From: Vicinamibacterales bacterium
Lineage (GTDB): Bacteria; Acidobacteriota; Vicinamibacteria; Vicinamibacterales; 2-12-FULL-66-21
Assembly: GCA_051986585.1 (NCBI GenBank)
Contig: JBPYFA010000293.1
Location: 1 to 63,547 of the forward strand
DNA length: 63,547 nucleotides
Reading direction: 5' to 3'
Part shown: positions 62,815 to 63,547 of the stretch, piece after piece
How the letters are laid out: every line of letters starts with the position of its first letter
How positions within the stretch are numbered: the stretch's first letter is position 1
The notes under the pieces: generated by a model
What the model was told of the DNA's origin: nothing
Database searches by the model: none
The model's input: the letters and a program-made list of their open reading frames with translations, nothing else
Translations under genes and position numbers: made by a program

Positions 62815-63547
62815 TCAGTATTCCGTAAACATCCGCTGAATCTCGGAACCGTCGCTCGTTCTCGTCAATGCGAGCATGAGCAGGATGCGCGCTTTGACCG
62901 GGGCGAGATCCTCACCTTGTATTTGCCGTCCCGCCGTCGAGCTGTTGCGCGATGCGATCCTGCCGCTGCCCGTTCGCGTGGTCACGACCACGAAGACTCC
63001 CTTGTCGACCGCATAGCGAATGCCTTCTTCCTGCGTTCCGCTGGTGGCACCCGCGCCTGCCGCGGCAACCACAATCCCCTTCGCTCCCTGATCGACGATC
63101 GCCTTGATGACGTCACCGGTCGCGCCCTGGTAGGTCATCACGATGTCGACCCGCGGCAAATCTTCCAGCCGCGACACGTCGAATTCGCTGGTGCCGGCAT
63201 GTCGCTTGACCACATCGCGGTAGTAGACGATTCGATCCGAGTCGACGACCCCGAGAATGCCGTAGCTGCGGGACTGAAACGTGTCCAGGCGATGAGCATC
63301 GGTCTTGGTTACGTCGCGCGCGGAATTGATCTCGTCGTTGAGCACGACGAGGACCCCCTTGCCACGCGCGTCGGGGCTCCCCGCCACCCGGAACCCCTCG
63401 AGCAGGTTGGCGGCGCCTTCATAGCCGAGCGTGCTCGGATTCCGCATCGACCCGACCACGACCACCGGCTTCTCGCTGTGGACAGTCAAATCGAGGAAGT
63501 ACGCCGTCTCCTCGAGCGTGTCCGTGCCGCTGGTAACAACGATGCCG
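62815..63547 (-). CDS. ansB: L-asparaginase type II, C-terminal ~243 codons (5' end beyond window)
   Basis: The frame stays open upstream of the track Met: ...GIVVTSGTDTLEETAYFLDLTVHSEKPVVVVGSMRNPS.... The C-terminus ARILLMLALTRTSDGSEIQRMFTEY resembles AnsB. Confidence 0.9.
   Translation of the reverse strand, partial: GIVVTSGTDTLEETAYFLDLTVHSEKPVVVVGSMRNPSTLGYEGAANLLEGFRVAGSPDARGKGVLVVLNDEINSARDVTKTDAHRLDTFQSRSYGILGVVDSDRIVYYRDVVKRHAGTSEFDVSRLEDLPRVDIVMTYQGATGDVIKAIVDQGAKGIVVAAAGAGATSGTQEEGIRYAVDKGVFVVVTTRTGSGRIASRNSSTAGRQIQGEDLAPVKARILLMLALTRTSDGSEIQRMFTEY

Noticed and set aside
1-63547. tRNA, rRNA, tmRNA, SRP RNA or RNase P RNA genes; prophage or known defence islands
   Set aside because: Reading the intergenic regions by eye revealed no T-loop or anticodon-arm patterns, no rRNA-like stretches, no phage structural or integrase genes, and no recognisable restriction, Cas or abortive-infection genes. 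A covariance-model scan (Infernal/tRNAscan-SE) would be needed to exclude small RNAs formally.

Overview
A 63.5-kb, roughly 65-67% GC, densely coding chromosomal segment with about 52 protein genes. I found no rRNA, tRNA, CRISPR array or intact mobile element. Gene content points to Acidobacteriota (inference from family knowledge only): an ADOP-type duplicated FtsX permease, a CarboxypepD_reg-type TonB-dependent receptor, a PadR regulator with a companion membrane protein, a DUF1592/DUF1552 pair and DUF2029 membrane glycosyltransferases. Main blocks are as follows. (i) 0.6-6.7 kb holds convergent glycan-biosynthesis operons. (ii) 15.7-24.5 kb is the most interesting locus. It is a four-gene operon: an enlarged sigma factor, a membrane anti-sigma factor fused to TPR repeats and a CHAT caspase-like protease, a Tat-exported orphan protein, and a signal-less subtilase. 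Divergent from it lie a secreted HExxH mini-protein, a lipoprotein and a second ECF sigma. The two divergent promoters and the second sigma share a recurring GGAAT-N13/14-CGTCT motif. (iii) 24.5-30.6 kb carries tandem DUF2029/GT87 paralogs, a GT9 heptosyltransferase and a Ser/Thr kinase. (iv) 30.6-32.2 kb is a small decayed accessory patch. (v) The remainder is housekeeping and envelope genes. At the DNA level, several intergenic spacers are built from degenerate 7-8 nt tandem units, with a different unit at each locus. A REP-like hairpin family (TTGTGGCTTCCGCC...) forms a 220-bp cluster at 61.4 kb, with an identical 26-mer at 30.8 kb. All family calls come from motifs read in the translations; no database search was possible. 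Many long ORFs in the track are antisense or out-of-frame shadows typical of high-GC DNA and were not called.
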